A stretch of 64,000 nucleotides of DNA from an uncultured Clostridia bacterium (lineage in GTDB: Bacteria; Bacillota; Clostridia; Oscillospirales; CAG-382): contig CANQTR010000002.1 in assembly GCA_947626805.1 (NCBI GenBank), positions 1,733-65,732 of the forward strand, in the 5' to 3' direction. The notes under the pieces were generated by a model. It was not told the origin of the DNA, ran no database searches, and saw nothing but the letters and a program-made list of their open reading frames with translations. A program made the position numbers and the translations under genes. This document shows, one piece after another, positions 54,887-63,563 of this stretch (its first letter is position 1; the number at the start of each line of letters is the position of its first letter).

Positions 54887-55903
54887 TTATGCCCCCTTTC
54901 CGGTCGTGGATTCGAGGCACACCGCGTGCGCGACGGACGGAATGGACAGCTTCTGAAACGCACTGTTTGCGCTCAGCAGAGCGCCGGTGCCGACGGCGAG
55001 GATCCGTCCGAGTTCTCCGCGCCGTATTCGTTGAAAGAAGTAGCCGCCGAGCACCGACGCGAGGCAGCCGCAACCGCTTCCGCCGGAATGCATATCCTGC
55101 TTCTTTGCGTCGTAAATCAGCACGCCGCAATCGAGATGCTTCGGGGCGATGTCCAGACCGCATTTTTGCAGAAGTTCGTCGGTCAGTTCGAGCCCTTCCT
55201 GCCCGAGGTCGCCGGTAACGACCGCGTCGAAGTCCGCAAGCGAGCGCCCGCTGTGGTCGAAGTAGCGGAGAATCGTATCCGCCGCCGCGGGCGCCATCGC
55301 CGCGCCCATATTGTTCGCGTCGGTGATACCGCCGTCCGTGACGACGCCGAGCACGCCGTCCGCGACGCGGATTCCCGTGTCCTCCGCCGTCAGCAGGAAC
55401 GCGCCCGTTCCGGTGACCGTGTATTGCGACGTCGGGGTGCGTTGACTTCCGTATTCCGGCGGGAAACGGTACTGCCGCTCCGCCGTGCAGAAATGCGACG
55501 ACGCGAGCGCGACCGCGCTCGGCAGAAATCCGCCGCTGACCAGCGACGCGCCGATCAACAGCGCTTCCGCTATCGTCGAACAGGCGCCGTACAGTCCGAG
55601 ATACGGGATTTGATACCCGGAAATGCCGAAACTCGTCCCGGTGCATTGGTTGACGAGGTCCCCGCCGAGTACCGCGCCGATTTCCTCCTCTTTCACGTTC
55701 GCCTTTTCAAGCAGGAGCCGGAGGTTGCGGCGGACCATTTCGCTTTCCGCCTGCTCAAAGGTGCTTTGCCCGAAGTATTCGTCGGATTCGGACACGTCGA
55801 ACCAGGCGTTCAGCGGTCCCTGGTTTTCCTTTTTGCCGACCGTCGTCGCCGTTTGCGCGAGGTAGCAACCGCCGGTGAATCGAATGACGCCGTTATTCGC
55901 CAT
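54887..55903 (-). CDS. spoVAD: Stage V sporulation protein AD
   Basis: Contains VGKKENQGPLNAWFD ... thiolase-like fold text ... YGACSTIAEAL ... DCGVLIYD; 338 aa. Confidence 0.88.
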   Translation of the reverse strand: MANNGVIRFTGGCYLAQTATTVGKKENQGPLNAWFDVSESDEYFGQSTFEQAESEMVRRNLRLLLEKANVKEEEIGAVLGGDLVNQCTGTSFGISGYQIPYLGLYGACSTIAEALLIGASLVSGGFLPSAVALASSHFCTAERQYRFPPEYGSQRTPTSQYTVTGTGAFLLTAEDTGIRVADGVLGVVTDGGITDANNMGAAMAPAAADTILRYFDHSGRSLADFDAVVTGDLGQEGLELTDELLQKCGLDIAPKHLDCGVLIYDAKKQDMHSGGSGCGCLASVLGGYFFQRIRRGELGRILAVGTGALLSANSAFQKLSIPSVAHAVCLESTTGKGA

Positions 55904-55917
55904 GGAAAGCCCCCCTT

Positions 55918-56352
55918 TCAGAGCGTGAACAGGTAGTACAGGACGCCGTACAGAATGGAACTGACCGCCCCGTACACAATGACCGGTCCCGCAATCGTGA
56001 ACATCTTCGCGGCGACGCCGGTGACGTATCCTTCCGCGCGCGCGTCGATGGCAGGCGCGGCGACGGCGTTGGAAAAGCCGGTAATCGGCACGAGCGTTCC
56101 CGCCCCAGCATATTTCGCGATACGGTCGAACCAGCCGATTCCGGTCAGCAGTCCGGCGAGGAAAATCAGCGTGACCGATACGCACAGCCCGGCGGTCTTT
56201 TCCTCCAGCCCCGCCCATTGGTAAATCACGTTCAGCGCCTGCCCGAGACAGCAGATAAGCCCGCCGACCCAGAACGCGCGGATACAGTCCCGAAGGACGT
56301 GCGAACGCTTGGCGCGGGACTCGGTGTAGGTTTGATAGGCTTTTGAATCCAT
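55918..56352 (-). CDS. spoVAC: Stage V sporulation protein AC
   Basis: Contains AFWVGGLICCLGQAL ... GAGTLVPITGFSNAV ... IAGPVIVYG; 144 aa. Confidence 0.88.
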   Translation of the reverse strand: MDSKAYQTYTESRAKRSHVLRDCIRAFWVGGLICCLGQALNVIYQWAGLEEKTAGLCVSVTLIFLAGLLTGIGWFDRIAKYAGAGTLVPITGFSNAVAAPAIDARAEGYVTGVAAKMFTIAGPVIVYGAVSSILYGVLYYLFTL

Positions 56353-56387
56353 ACAAATCCCCTTTCGTTTCGTTTCTTTTTCGGTAC

Positions 56388-56417
56388 TATTTTGGTGCGG
56401 AAACGAAGAAATTATGC
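56388..56417 (-). promoter_or_regulatory. Forespore SigG/SigF-like promoter of the spoVA operon
   Basis: The minus strand reads GCATA-N18-CAAAATA, about 35 nt upstream of spoVAC. Confidence 0.5.
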
Positions 56418-56425
56418 TTTTTCCC

Positions 56426-56454
56426 TTGACAATTTCACGACCGAAGGGTATAAT
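56426..56454 (+). promoter_or_regulatory. Consensus sigma-A promoter (TTGACA-17-TATAAT)
   Basis: ttgaca 56426-56431, tataat 56449-56454. This forces the ligase start downstream of the tracked 56392. Confidence 0.75.
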
Positions 56455-56496
56455 AAAGTGATTCCAACAAATTTTGACGGTAAGGTGGGTTTGCTC

Positions 56497-58224
56497 TTGA
56501 AACGTTATCTTCCAAAACCGCAAATCGAAAGGTTCGCGAGCATTCGCGACATGCTCGATTACGCGTCCGCCTCGTATGGCGACGCGATTCTCTACCGTTA
56601 CTTTCAGGAAGGGAGCGACATCGGGGAAATTTCCTACCGGGATTTCCGCGCCCAGGTAGACGCGCTCGGAACGGCGCTTGCCGCGAGGGGGTTGCGGACC
56701 GCGACGGTTGCGGTGCTTTCCGAAAGCCGCCCGGAATGGATGCTGAGCTTTTGCGCCGTGGTTTGCGGCGGCGGCGTCGTCGTTCCGTTGGACAAGGAAC
56801 TTCAGCCGGACCAGATTTGCAATTTCCTTGAACGGGCGGGCGCGGAGGCGATTTTCTGCTCCCACCGTTTCGCCGAGATGCTGAACGCAAGGCGGGCGGA
56901 ACTGTCGACCCTACGATACGTCTTTGACTTTGACGCCGAACGCTCGGAAGGCGAGGAGGAGACCGATGAGGATTACCGGCAACTCCTGCTCAAGGGAGAC
57001 CTGTTGCTTTCCGACGGCTATGTGGAATACACGAAAGCCCGGTTCGACACTTCAAAGCCCTGCACGCTCCTATTCACCTCCGGCACGACCGGGACGAGCA
57101 AGGGCGTCCTGCTTTCGCAGGATAACCTGACCGCTTGCGTCTACCATTCGCTCAATATGGTGGATATCCACCGGGGTGACGTGCTGTTCAGCGTTCTGCC
57201 CCTGCACCACACTTACGAACTCGTCTGTGGGGAATTCGGTGCGCTCTGCATCGGCGCGACCGTCTGTTTCAACAACAGCCTGAAGTATTTCTTGCGGAAC
57301 GTCAAGATTTTCCGCCCGACGTCGATGATTCTCGTCCCGCTGTTCCTGACGACGATTTACAAGAAGATTTGCGAGGAGATTCGCAAGAAGAACAAGGAAA
57401 AACTGGTCCGGCGGGCCATTCAGGTGACGAAAGCGCTCCGCAAGGTCGGCGTGGATTTGCGCGGCGCGGTGTTCGCCGAGGTGACGGAAGCGCTCGGCGG
57501 GCGGCTGAAGAACATCATTTGCGGCGGCGCGCCGATGGACCCGGAACTGGTCGACCGGTTCGGCGAGTTCGGAATCAAGGTCTGTCAAGGGTACGGCATT
57601 ACCGAGTGTTCCCCGCTGGTGTGCGTCGTGCCGTATACGGCCATGAAGTTCGGTTCGGTCGGACTTCCGGCGTACGGGACGCAAGTCAGAATCGTGCAGA
57701 CCGGGGAGGACGCGCGGGAGGTGGACGCCCCGCCGTACGCCATCGGCGAAATTTGCGTCAAGAGCGAGCAGGTCATGCTCGGCTATTACGCGGACGAGGC
57801 GGCGACGAAAGCGGCGTTCAACAACGAGGGGTATTTCCGTACCGGCGATTACGGCTATCTCGACGAGGACGGCTACCTTTTCATCACCGGACGAAAGAAG
57901 AACATCATCATTCTTTCCAACGGCAAGAACGTCTACCCGGAGGAACTTGAGGAGCACCTCTATAAAATCGACCTGATCAAGGAATGCGTCGTGCTTGCCC
58001 GCAAGCAACCGGGCGTCGAGGAGGATGTCATCACCGCCGTCATTTACCCGGATTTCGACCGACTGCAGGGAAAGACCGACGAGGAAGTCGTGGATATCAT
58101 CAAAGCGGAAGTAGCTAAGGTCAACAAGAATCTTCCGGTATTCAAGCAGATACGCAACATCGAACTTCGCAAGACCGAGTTCGAAAAGACTACGACCCAG
58201 AAAATCATTCGCTATAAAGTCTGA
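56497..58224 (+). CDS. Long-chain fatty acid-CoA (or -ACP) ligase, AMP-binding family
   Basis: Contains LLFTSGTTGTSKGV ... GYGITE ... FRTGDYGYLDEDGYLFITGRKKNIIILSNGKNVYPEE. The start is a TTG at 56497 (RBS aaggtggg) or a GTG at 56485; both lie downstream of the promoter. Confidence 0.85.
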   Translation: MKRYLPKPQIERFASIRDMLDYASASYGDAILYRYFQEGSDIGEISYRDFRAQVDALGTALAARGLRTATVAVLSESRPEWMLSFCAVVCGGGVVVPLDKELQPDQICNFLERAGAEAIFCSHRFAEMLNARRAELSTLRYVFDFDAERSEGEEETDEDYRQLLLKGDLLLSDGYVEYTKARFDTSKPCTLLFTSGTTGTSKGVLLSQDNLTACVYHSLNMVDIHRGDVLFSVLPLHHTYELVCGEFGALCIGATVCFNNSLKYFLRNVKIFRPTSMILVPLFLTTIYKKICEEIRKKNKEKLVRRAIQVTKALRKVGVDLRGAVFAEVTEALGGRLKNIICGGAPMDPELVDRFGEFGIKVCQGYGITECSPLVCVVPYTAMKFGSVGLPAYGTQVRIVQTGEDAREVDAPPYAIGEICVKSEQVMLGYYADEAATKAAFNNEGYFRTGDYGYLDEDGYLFITGRKKNIIILSNGKNVYPEELEEHLYKIDLIKECVVLARKQPGVEEDVITAVIYPDFDRLQGKTDEEVVDIIKAEVAKVNKNLPVFKQIRNIELRKTEFEKTTTQKIIRYKV

Positions 58225-58248
58225 AAAACAGGGGGAATTGAAAACGCC

Positions 58249-58473
58249 ATGTTTGAACAAATCAAGGAAATTCTAATCAACGAAATGCATTTTGAACCGG
58301 AGCAGATTACGCCGGGAACCGAGTTGATTTCCGGGCTGGGCATGAATTCGCTGGAACTTGCGGACCTGATTGTCATGTGTGAGGAGCGGTTCGGCATCGT
58401 CTTTGCGGACGAGGACCTCCCTTCCCTTCTGACGCTCGGCGACGTCGCCGCGTACATCGAATCCCACAAGTAA
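58249..58473 (+). CDS. Acyl carrier protein-like (phosphopantetheine attachment GMNSLE)
   Basis: 74-aa four-helix-type sequence: ELISGLGMNSLELADLIVMCEERFGIVF. Confidence 0.75.
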   Translation: MFEQIKEILINEMHFEPEQITPGTELISGLGMNSLELADLIVMCEERFGIVFADEDLPSLLTLGDVAAYIESHK

Positions 58474-58492
58474 AACCGAAAACTTTTCGAAA

Positions 58493-58527
58493 GCGGCTTG
58501 CGGTCGGCGGACGGCGAGCCGTTTTTC
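58493..58527 (+). terminator. Probable rho-independent terminator
   Basis: aaagCGGCTtgcggtcggcggacggcgAGCCGtttttcttt; the stem is imperfect. Confidence 0.45.
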
Positions 58528-58642
58528 TTTGCATACGGACGGGTTTCCCCGCATAGGATAGGAAAAAAGGGACCTTTGCGGTCCCCGTGCGGGAAGTTCA
58601 TGCGGTCGGACGTCTTTTTTTGCGAAAAAAGCACTGCAAGGG

Positions 58643-59317
58643 GTGTTGACCGTGGCATTTCAACGGACAAAGCGTAGGAAACGCCGGATTCTTGCGCTCG
58701 TATTGCTCGTATTTCTCGCCGTCGCGCTTTTGTTTCGGCGGGGCGGCGGAAAGTCCGAAAGCGTTCCGGCGATGCGGCCGTTCGACGGGCTTGTGACCGA
58801 CCAGTCCCTTTGCGCCGTCACCGTTTCGCTGACCGGCATTGAGAGCAGGGTGTCGCTTGAACTGTTCGGGTCCGTTTGCGCGGGCATGGACGTGCGCCCG
58901 TGCCTGTTCGTGACGAACGATTGGCTGGAGGAGCACCGTTCGGAACTTTCGGAGTTTTCCTACGCGGAATTGGGACTTCTGTTCGAGCGCGAACCGGGCG
59001 GCGCGACCCGCAAGCGGGTCATGTCGAACCTCGCGGAGGAAAACGAGCGGTTTCTTTCGCTGACCGGGACGTTCCCGCGGTTCGTCCGCCTCGCGTCCGG
59101 CGAACCCGGCGACGCGTTTTCCGCCGCATTGCAGGCGTACGGGCAGGTCTGTGTCGGATGTCGGGGCGGTCTGACGGACGCGCCGTCCCCCGGCGCGGTC
59201 GCCGATTGCGGGCAATTGAACGGCACGACCGGGTACGCGCTCGCGAAGTATTGTGCCGGCGCGCTCGCGGACGGGTATACCGTGCTTGCGCTTTCGGATT
59301 TGCAGAAGTACATCTGA
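58643..59317 (+). CDS. Hypothetical N-terminally anchored protein (possibly degenerate polysaccharide-deacetylase-like)
   Basis: Non-ATG start (TTG 58643 or GTG 58649, RBS aagggg), TM ILALVLLVFLAVALLF. I cannot assert any catalytic motif. Confidence 0.45.
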   Translation: MLTVAFQRTKRRKRRILALVLLVFLAVALLFRRGGGKSESVPAMRPFDGLVTDQSLCAVTVSLTGIESRVSLELFGSVCAGMDVRPCLFVTNDWLEEHRSELSEFSYAELGLLFEREPGGATRKRVMSNLAEENERFLSLTGTFPRFVRLASGEPGDAFSAALQAYGQVCVGCRGGLTDAPSPGAVADCGQLNGTTGYALAKYCAGALADGYTVLALSDLQKYI

Positions 59318-59333
59318 TTATATGCGCGTCACA

Positions 59334-59385
59334 TCGAAAAAAGCCTCCCGCGGCGTTCTGTTCCGCCGCGGGGAGGCTCTTTTTG
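59334..59385. terminator. Strong bidirectional terminator between convergent genes
   Basis: aaaaaAGCCTCCCGCGGCGttctgttcCGCCGCGGgGAGGCTcttttt. Confidence 0.85.
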
Positions 59386-59392
59386 CCGTTCG

Positions 59393-60697
59393 CTATTTCA
59401 CCGCCTGAAACGCCGCGTCCAGCGCCGCTATCAGGTCGGGCGCGCTTTCGATGCCGATGGAAAGGCGTATCGTGTTGGGTTTGATGCCCTGTTCGCGAAG
59501 TTCCTTTTCGGTCAATTGCGAATGGGTGGTGCTTGCCGGGTGAATCACGAGGGATTTGACATCCGCGACGTTTGCAAGCAGGGAGAAAATCGCCAGATTA
59601 TCGATGAATTTCTTCGCGGTTTCGGCGTCCCCTTTGATTTCAAAGGTGAAGATGGAACCGGCGCCGTTCGGGAAATACTTTTGATAGCGTTTGTGGCTGG
59701 GGTCGGTTTCCAGCGACGGGTGATGCACCGCCTCCACCTGCGGGTGTGCGTTCAAGTACCGAACGATTTTCAGCGCGTTTTCCACATGGCGCTCCACGCG
59801 AATGGAGAGCGTTTCGAGTCCCTGCAAAAACAGGAACGCATGGAACGGAGAAAGCGTCGAGCCGGTGTCGCGGAGCAGTATCGCGCGGATATAGGTAACA
59901 AAGGCGGCGGGACCGGCCGCGTCGGCGAAGGAAACGCCGTGATAACTGGGGTTCGGATCGGAAATCCACGGGAAACGTCCGGACGCTTTCCAGTCGAACC
60001 TGCCCCCGTCCACGATGACGCCGCCGACAGCCGTGCCGTGTCCGCCGATGAATTTGGTGGCGGAATGGACCACGATGTCCGCGCCGTGTTCGAGCGGTCG
60101 AATGAGGTACGGGGTCGCGAAGGTGGAGTCAATCACCAGCGGAATGCCGTGCCTGTGTGCGACGTCCGCGACCGATTCGATGTCGATGATATTGGAATTG
60201 GGGTTGCCCAGCGTTTCAAAGAAGACGGCTTTGGTATTGGGCTGAATGGCGGCTTCAAAGGAGCCCTCCTCTTCGGGGTCGACGAAGGTCGTCGTTACGC
60301 CGGACGTGAGCGGCAGGGTGTGCGCGAGCAGGTTGTAGGTGCCGCCGTAGATGGTCTTGGCGGCGACGATGTGTTCCCCGCTTTTTGCAAGCGCGCTGAA
60401 GGTGTAGTGGAGCGCCGCCGCGCCGGACGCGGTCGCAAGCGCCGCCGTGCCGCCCTCCAGAGCGGCGATACGCCGTTCGAAAACGTCCTGTGTCGGATTG
60501 GTGAGCCGGCCGTAGATGTTTCCGGCGTCCCGCAAGCCGAAACGGTCGGCGGCGTGTTGCGCGTTATGAAAGACGAACGAGGTGGAGGCGTAAATCGGTA
60601 CCGCCCGCGCGTCGGTCGCGGGGTCGGCATGCTCCTGCCCGATGTGAAGTTGTTTGGTTTCAAAGCCCCAGTTTTTGGAATCGTGAATGTCAGCCAT
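59393..60697 (-). CDS. metY: O-acetylhomoserine aminocarboxypropyltransferase (sulfhydrylase)
   Basis: Contains FETKQLHIGQEHADPATDARAVPIYASTSFVF ... SATKFIGGHGTAVGG (PLP Lys). Confidence 0.92.
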   Translation of the reverse strand: MADIHDSKNWGFETKQLHIGQEHADPATDARAVPIYASTSFVFHNAQHAADRFGLRDAGNIYGRLTNPTQDVFERRIAALEGGTAALATASGAAALHYTFSALAKSGEHIVAAKTIYGGTYNLLAHTLPLTSGVTTTFVDPEEEGSFEAAIQPNTKAVFFETLGNPNSNIIDIESVADVAHRHGIPLVIDSTFATPYLIRPLEHGADIVVHSATKFIGGHGTAVGGVIVDGGRFDWKASGRFPWISDPNPSYHGVSFADAAGPAAFVTYIRAILLRDTGSTLSPFHAFLFLQGLETLSIRVERHVENALKIVRYLNAHPQVEAVHHPSLETDPSHKRYQKYFPNGAGSIFTFEIKGDAETAKKFIDNLAIFSLLANVADVKSLVIHPASTTHSQLTEKELREQGIKPNTIRLSIGIESAPDLIAALDAAFQAVK

Positions 60698-60874
60698 GAT
60701 GAAAAATCCTTCCCGCGGTTGCCCGCCTGTTTTTTATCGGAACGGTTTCGGAACGCGAACGGGGCGGCACATTCGATTTCGGTTGAGCAGTACGGAAAAG
60801 GAAACCCGTACTGTCCTTCTTCCCAATCGTTCTCGTTTCATGCTTTCGCCTCCCGAAGTTCCGTTTCTGCCTAT

Positions 60875-60883
60875 AGTATAGCA
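60875..60883 (-). promoter_or_regulatory. Extended -10 element (TGcTATACT) of the metY leader
   Basis: The minus strand reads tgctatact about 175 nt upstream of the metY ATG. The -35 (TTGGAC) is poorly spaced. Confidence 0.4.
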
Positions 60884-60923
60884 GATACGGCGGGTGTTTG
60901 TCCAATACGGGAAACCGATTTGC

Positions 60924-60946
60924 GGGTATCGGAAAAACCGATACCC
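60924..60946 (-). terminator. Hairpin after tcdA (no clear U-tract)
   Basis: GGGTATCGGtttttCCGATACCC on the minus strand: a perfect 9-bp stem, 24 nt after the stop. Confidence 0.4.
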
Positions 60947-60969
60947 CTGCGCGGCAATGGAAGGCGCAC

Positions 60970-61713
60970 CTATGCGCGGGGCGGCGCTTCCCGCGTCCGT
61001 AGACCCGCTAGGTCTTTTATAACCTCGCCCGCGAGAATCAGCCCTACGACCGACGGGACGAAAGCGTTACTGCCCGGAATCTGCCGCCGGACGCTTTCCT
61101 CCGCCGTTTCGGGCGTGGGGGTCGGCGTCAGCGGCGTTTCTTTGGAGTAGACGACCTTCAGCCGTTCGACGCCGCGTTTCTTCAGTTCGCGCCGCATGAC
61201 GCGTGCAAGCGGACAGACCGAAGTTTCGTAGATGTCCGCTACCTCAAAAGCTGTAGGGTCGAGCTTGTTGCCCGCGCCCATCGAACTGATGAGCGGCGTC
61301 CCCGCGCGGGACGCGTTCACCGCGAGCGCGATTTTTCCCGCAACGGTATCGATGGCGTCGACGACGTAATCGTATTTCGTGAAATCGAACGTTTCCGCCG
61401 TTTCGGGCGTGTAAAAGACCTTGTAAACCGTGACTTTCGCGTCCGGATTGATTTCCCTGACGCGTTCCGCCGCAACGTCCACCTTGTACTGCCCCACCGT
61501 TTTGCGGGTGGCGTGCAGTTGGCGGTTCAGGTTCGTCAGGCAGACCCTGTCGTCGTCAATCAAATCCAGCGCGCCGACGCCGGAGCGGACGAGCGCCTCC
61601 ACCGTATAGCCGCCGACGCCGCCGATTCCGAATACCGCGACGCGCGACGCGGCAAGCCGCTCCATGGCTTCCCGCCCGAATAGGAGTTCGGTCCTTGCAA
61701 ATTGATTCGGCAT
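60970..61713 (-). CDS. tcdA: tRNA threonylcarbamoyladenosine dehydratase (ThiF/MoeB-like)
   Basis: Contains RTELLFGREAMERLAASRVAVFGIGGVGGYTVEALVRSGVGALDLIDDDRVCLTNLNRQ. A ggagg RBS is present. Confidence 0.85.
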   Translation of the reverse strand: MPNQFARTELLFGREAMERLAASRVAVFGIGGVGGYTVEALVRSGVGALDLIDDDRVCLTNLNRQLHATRKTVGQYKVDVAAERVREINPDAKVTVYKVFYTPETAETFDFTKYDYVVDAIDTVAGKIALAVNASRAGTPLISSMGAGNKLDPTAFEVADIYETSVCPLARVMRRELKKRGVERLKVVYSKETPLTPTPTPETAEESVRRQIPGSNAFVPSVVGLILAGEVIKDLAGLRTREAPPRA

Positions 61714-61753
61714 ACGTGCCTCCGTTTTCCGTGCGTTTTTTCCTTTTGCGGGG

Positions 61754-62314
61754 TCAGAATTGCGAATAAACGGCTTCACAGCTCCGCATGGCGAGAATCG
61801 TGCGGCTAATTAGGTCGTCCAGCGTCCAGCCGAGCATTTCCGCGCCGCGGTCGATGACTTCGCGGGAACAGCCCGCGGCGAAGTTGGCGGTCTTGTACTT
61901 CTTTTTGACGGACTTCAGTTCCAAATCCGAAACGCTCTTGGAGGGGCGCATCAGCGCCACCGCGCCAATCAGCCCGGTCAGTTCGTCCACCGCGTAAAGG
62001 ACTTTTTCCATTTCGTGTTCCGGCTTGATATCTACCGTCAGCGCGTATCCGTGGCTTGCGACCGCGCGGATAAGCCGTTCGTCCGCGCCCTGTTCCCGTA
62101 GGATTTCCTGTTCCTTGACGCAATGCTCCTCCGGATACGCCTCGAAATCCAAATCGTGGAGCAGACCGACGATTCCCCAGAAATCTTCCTCCTCGCCGTA
62201 TCCGAGTTCGCGCGCGAAATACCGCATAACGCCCTCCACCGTTACGGCGTGACGGCGGTGAAACGGTTCCTGATTCCATTTGCACAGCAGTTCCCAAGCC
62301 TCTTCCCTTGTCAT
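61754..62314 (-). CDS. HD domain phosphohydrolase
   Basis: Contains RRHAVTVEGVMRYFA ... VGLLHDLDFE (H..HD motif); 186 aa. Confidence 0.8.
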   Translation of the reverse strand: MTREEAWELLCKWNQEPFHRRHAVTVEGVMRYFARELGYGEEEDFWGIVGLLHDLDFEAYPEEHCVKEQEILREQGADERLIRAVASHGYALTVDIKPEHEMEKVLYAVDELTGLIGAVALMRPSKSVSDLELKSVKKKYKTANFAAGCSREVIDRGAEMLGWTLDDLISRTILAMRSCEAVYSQF

Positions 62315-62338
62315 GACGAAAAACTTCCTTTCTTTCCT

Positions 62339-62355
62339 GTATTTTTGAAAAATAC
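62339..62355. promoter_or_regulatory. Perfect palindrome GTATTTTT-g-AAAAATAC containing a T-N11-A (LysR-type) box
   Basis: Read directly from the sequence. Lies 25 nt upstream of the HD gene ATG, in the region shared with the divergent LysR gene. Confidence 0.35.
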
Positions 62356-62422
62356 GCGAAACGCCCGTCCGAACCCGGCGGAGCGGGCGGCGGAAACCGG
62401 TCGCAAAATTTCCCCGAACGGG

Positions 62423-62451
62423 TTGACAACAGACATTCCGCGTGCTATAAT
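62423..62451 (+). promoter_or_regulatory. Consensus sigma-A promoter with extended -10 (TTGACA-17-TGcTATAAT)
   Basis: ttgaca 62423-62428, tgc tataat 62443-62451, about 165 nt upstream of the LysR ATG. Confidence 0.75.
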
Positions 62452-62616
62452 GCCTATAAAACAGATGGATATTCTATAAAATCGAAGGACCGTCGATAAC
62501 GCCGCCGTTTCCGAACGGTTTCCCTTGCAAGTATCATACCATATATGCGGCGGGTTTTCAAGAGTCCTTCGGAAGATTTTTCAAAATGCGGAATGGTTTG
62601 GAAAGGCGGGACGAAA

Positions 62617-63531
62617 ATGACGTTACAGCAATTGCATTATGTGCTCACCGTTTCGGAGGTAGGGTCGCTGAACAAGGCGTCGGAAATCCTATACGTTGCA
62701 CAACCGTCGCTAACCGGCGCGGTACGCGATTTGGAGAACGAACTGGGGTTTGCGCTGTTTTACCGTAGCGGAAAGGGTATGGCGCCCACCAACGAAGGAC
62801 TGGAATTCCTCGCCTACGCGCGTCAGGTCTATTCCCAGTATGAAATTTTGCAGGAGAAATTCCTCGGAACGGGCGAACGGAAAAAGAAATTCGGGATTTC
62901 CACCCAGCACTACTCCTTTGCCGTCAAGAGTTTCGTGGAACTGGTGAAACGGTACAACACCAAAGCATACGAATTCGCCATTCGCGAAACCAAAACGCGC
63001 GAGGTTATCGAGGACGTCCGCACGGGGCGGAGCGAAGTCGGCGTGCTGTATCGAAGTAATTTCAACCACAAAGTGCTTACGAATCTGCTCGACGCCGCCG
63101 ACCTGACCTTTCACAAACTGATTGATTGCGACGCGTATGTGTACGTCTGGAAGGGGCACCCGCTTGCGGGATGCGAAAGCGCAACGCTCGATATGCTATC
63201 CCCCTACCCCTGCCTGTCCTTCGAGCAGGGAGCCGAGGGCTCCTTCTACTACGCGGAAGAAATTTACAGCACGGTCGCGTATCCGCGCGTCATCAAGGCG
63301 AACGACAGGGCTACGATGCTGAACCTGATGGTCGGGCTGAACGGATACACGCTTTGCTCCGGTATCATCTGTGAGGAGCTGAACGGTCCCGACTATACCG
63401 TCATTCCCTTCGCGGGGGACGGTTCGGAGGGGAAAATGGAGATTGGATATATCGTCAGGAAACATGCGGTCCTGACCGAAATCGGCAGTTGCTATGTGGA
63501 CGAACTGAAACGCTATCTGTCCCGTTGCTGA
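62617..63531 (+). CDS. LysR family transcriptional regulator
   Basis: MTLQQLHYVLTVSEVGSLNKASEILYVAQPSLTGAVRDLENELGFALFYRSGKG (wHTH) plus a LysR substrate-binding domain. Confidence 0.9.
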   Translation: MTLQQLHYVLTVSEVGSLNKASEILYVAQPSLTGAVRDLENELGFALFYRSGKGMAPTNEGLEFLAYARQVYSQYEILQEKFLGTGERKKKFGISTQHYSFAVKSFVELVKRYNTKAYEFAIRETKTREVIEDVRTGRSEVGVLYRSNFNHKVLTNLLDAADLTFHKLIDCDAYVYVWKGHPLAGCESATLDMLSPYPCLSFEQGAEGSFYYAEEIYSTVAYPRVIKANDRATMLNLMVGLNGYTLCSGIICEELNGPDYTVIPFAGDGSEGKMEIGYIVRKHAVLTEIGSCYVDELKRYLSRC

Positions 63532-63563
63532 CGGCGAAAATGCCCCCGTTTTCGCGAAAGGGA

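Noticed and set aside
60698-60900. SAM-I (S-box) riboswitch or Met T-box upstream of metY
   Set aside because: I could not find the conserved SAM-I core strings (for example GAGGGA...GGCCC...GCAACC) or the T-box antiterminator sequence on the minus strand. The region is reported instead as an unclassified leader.
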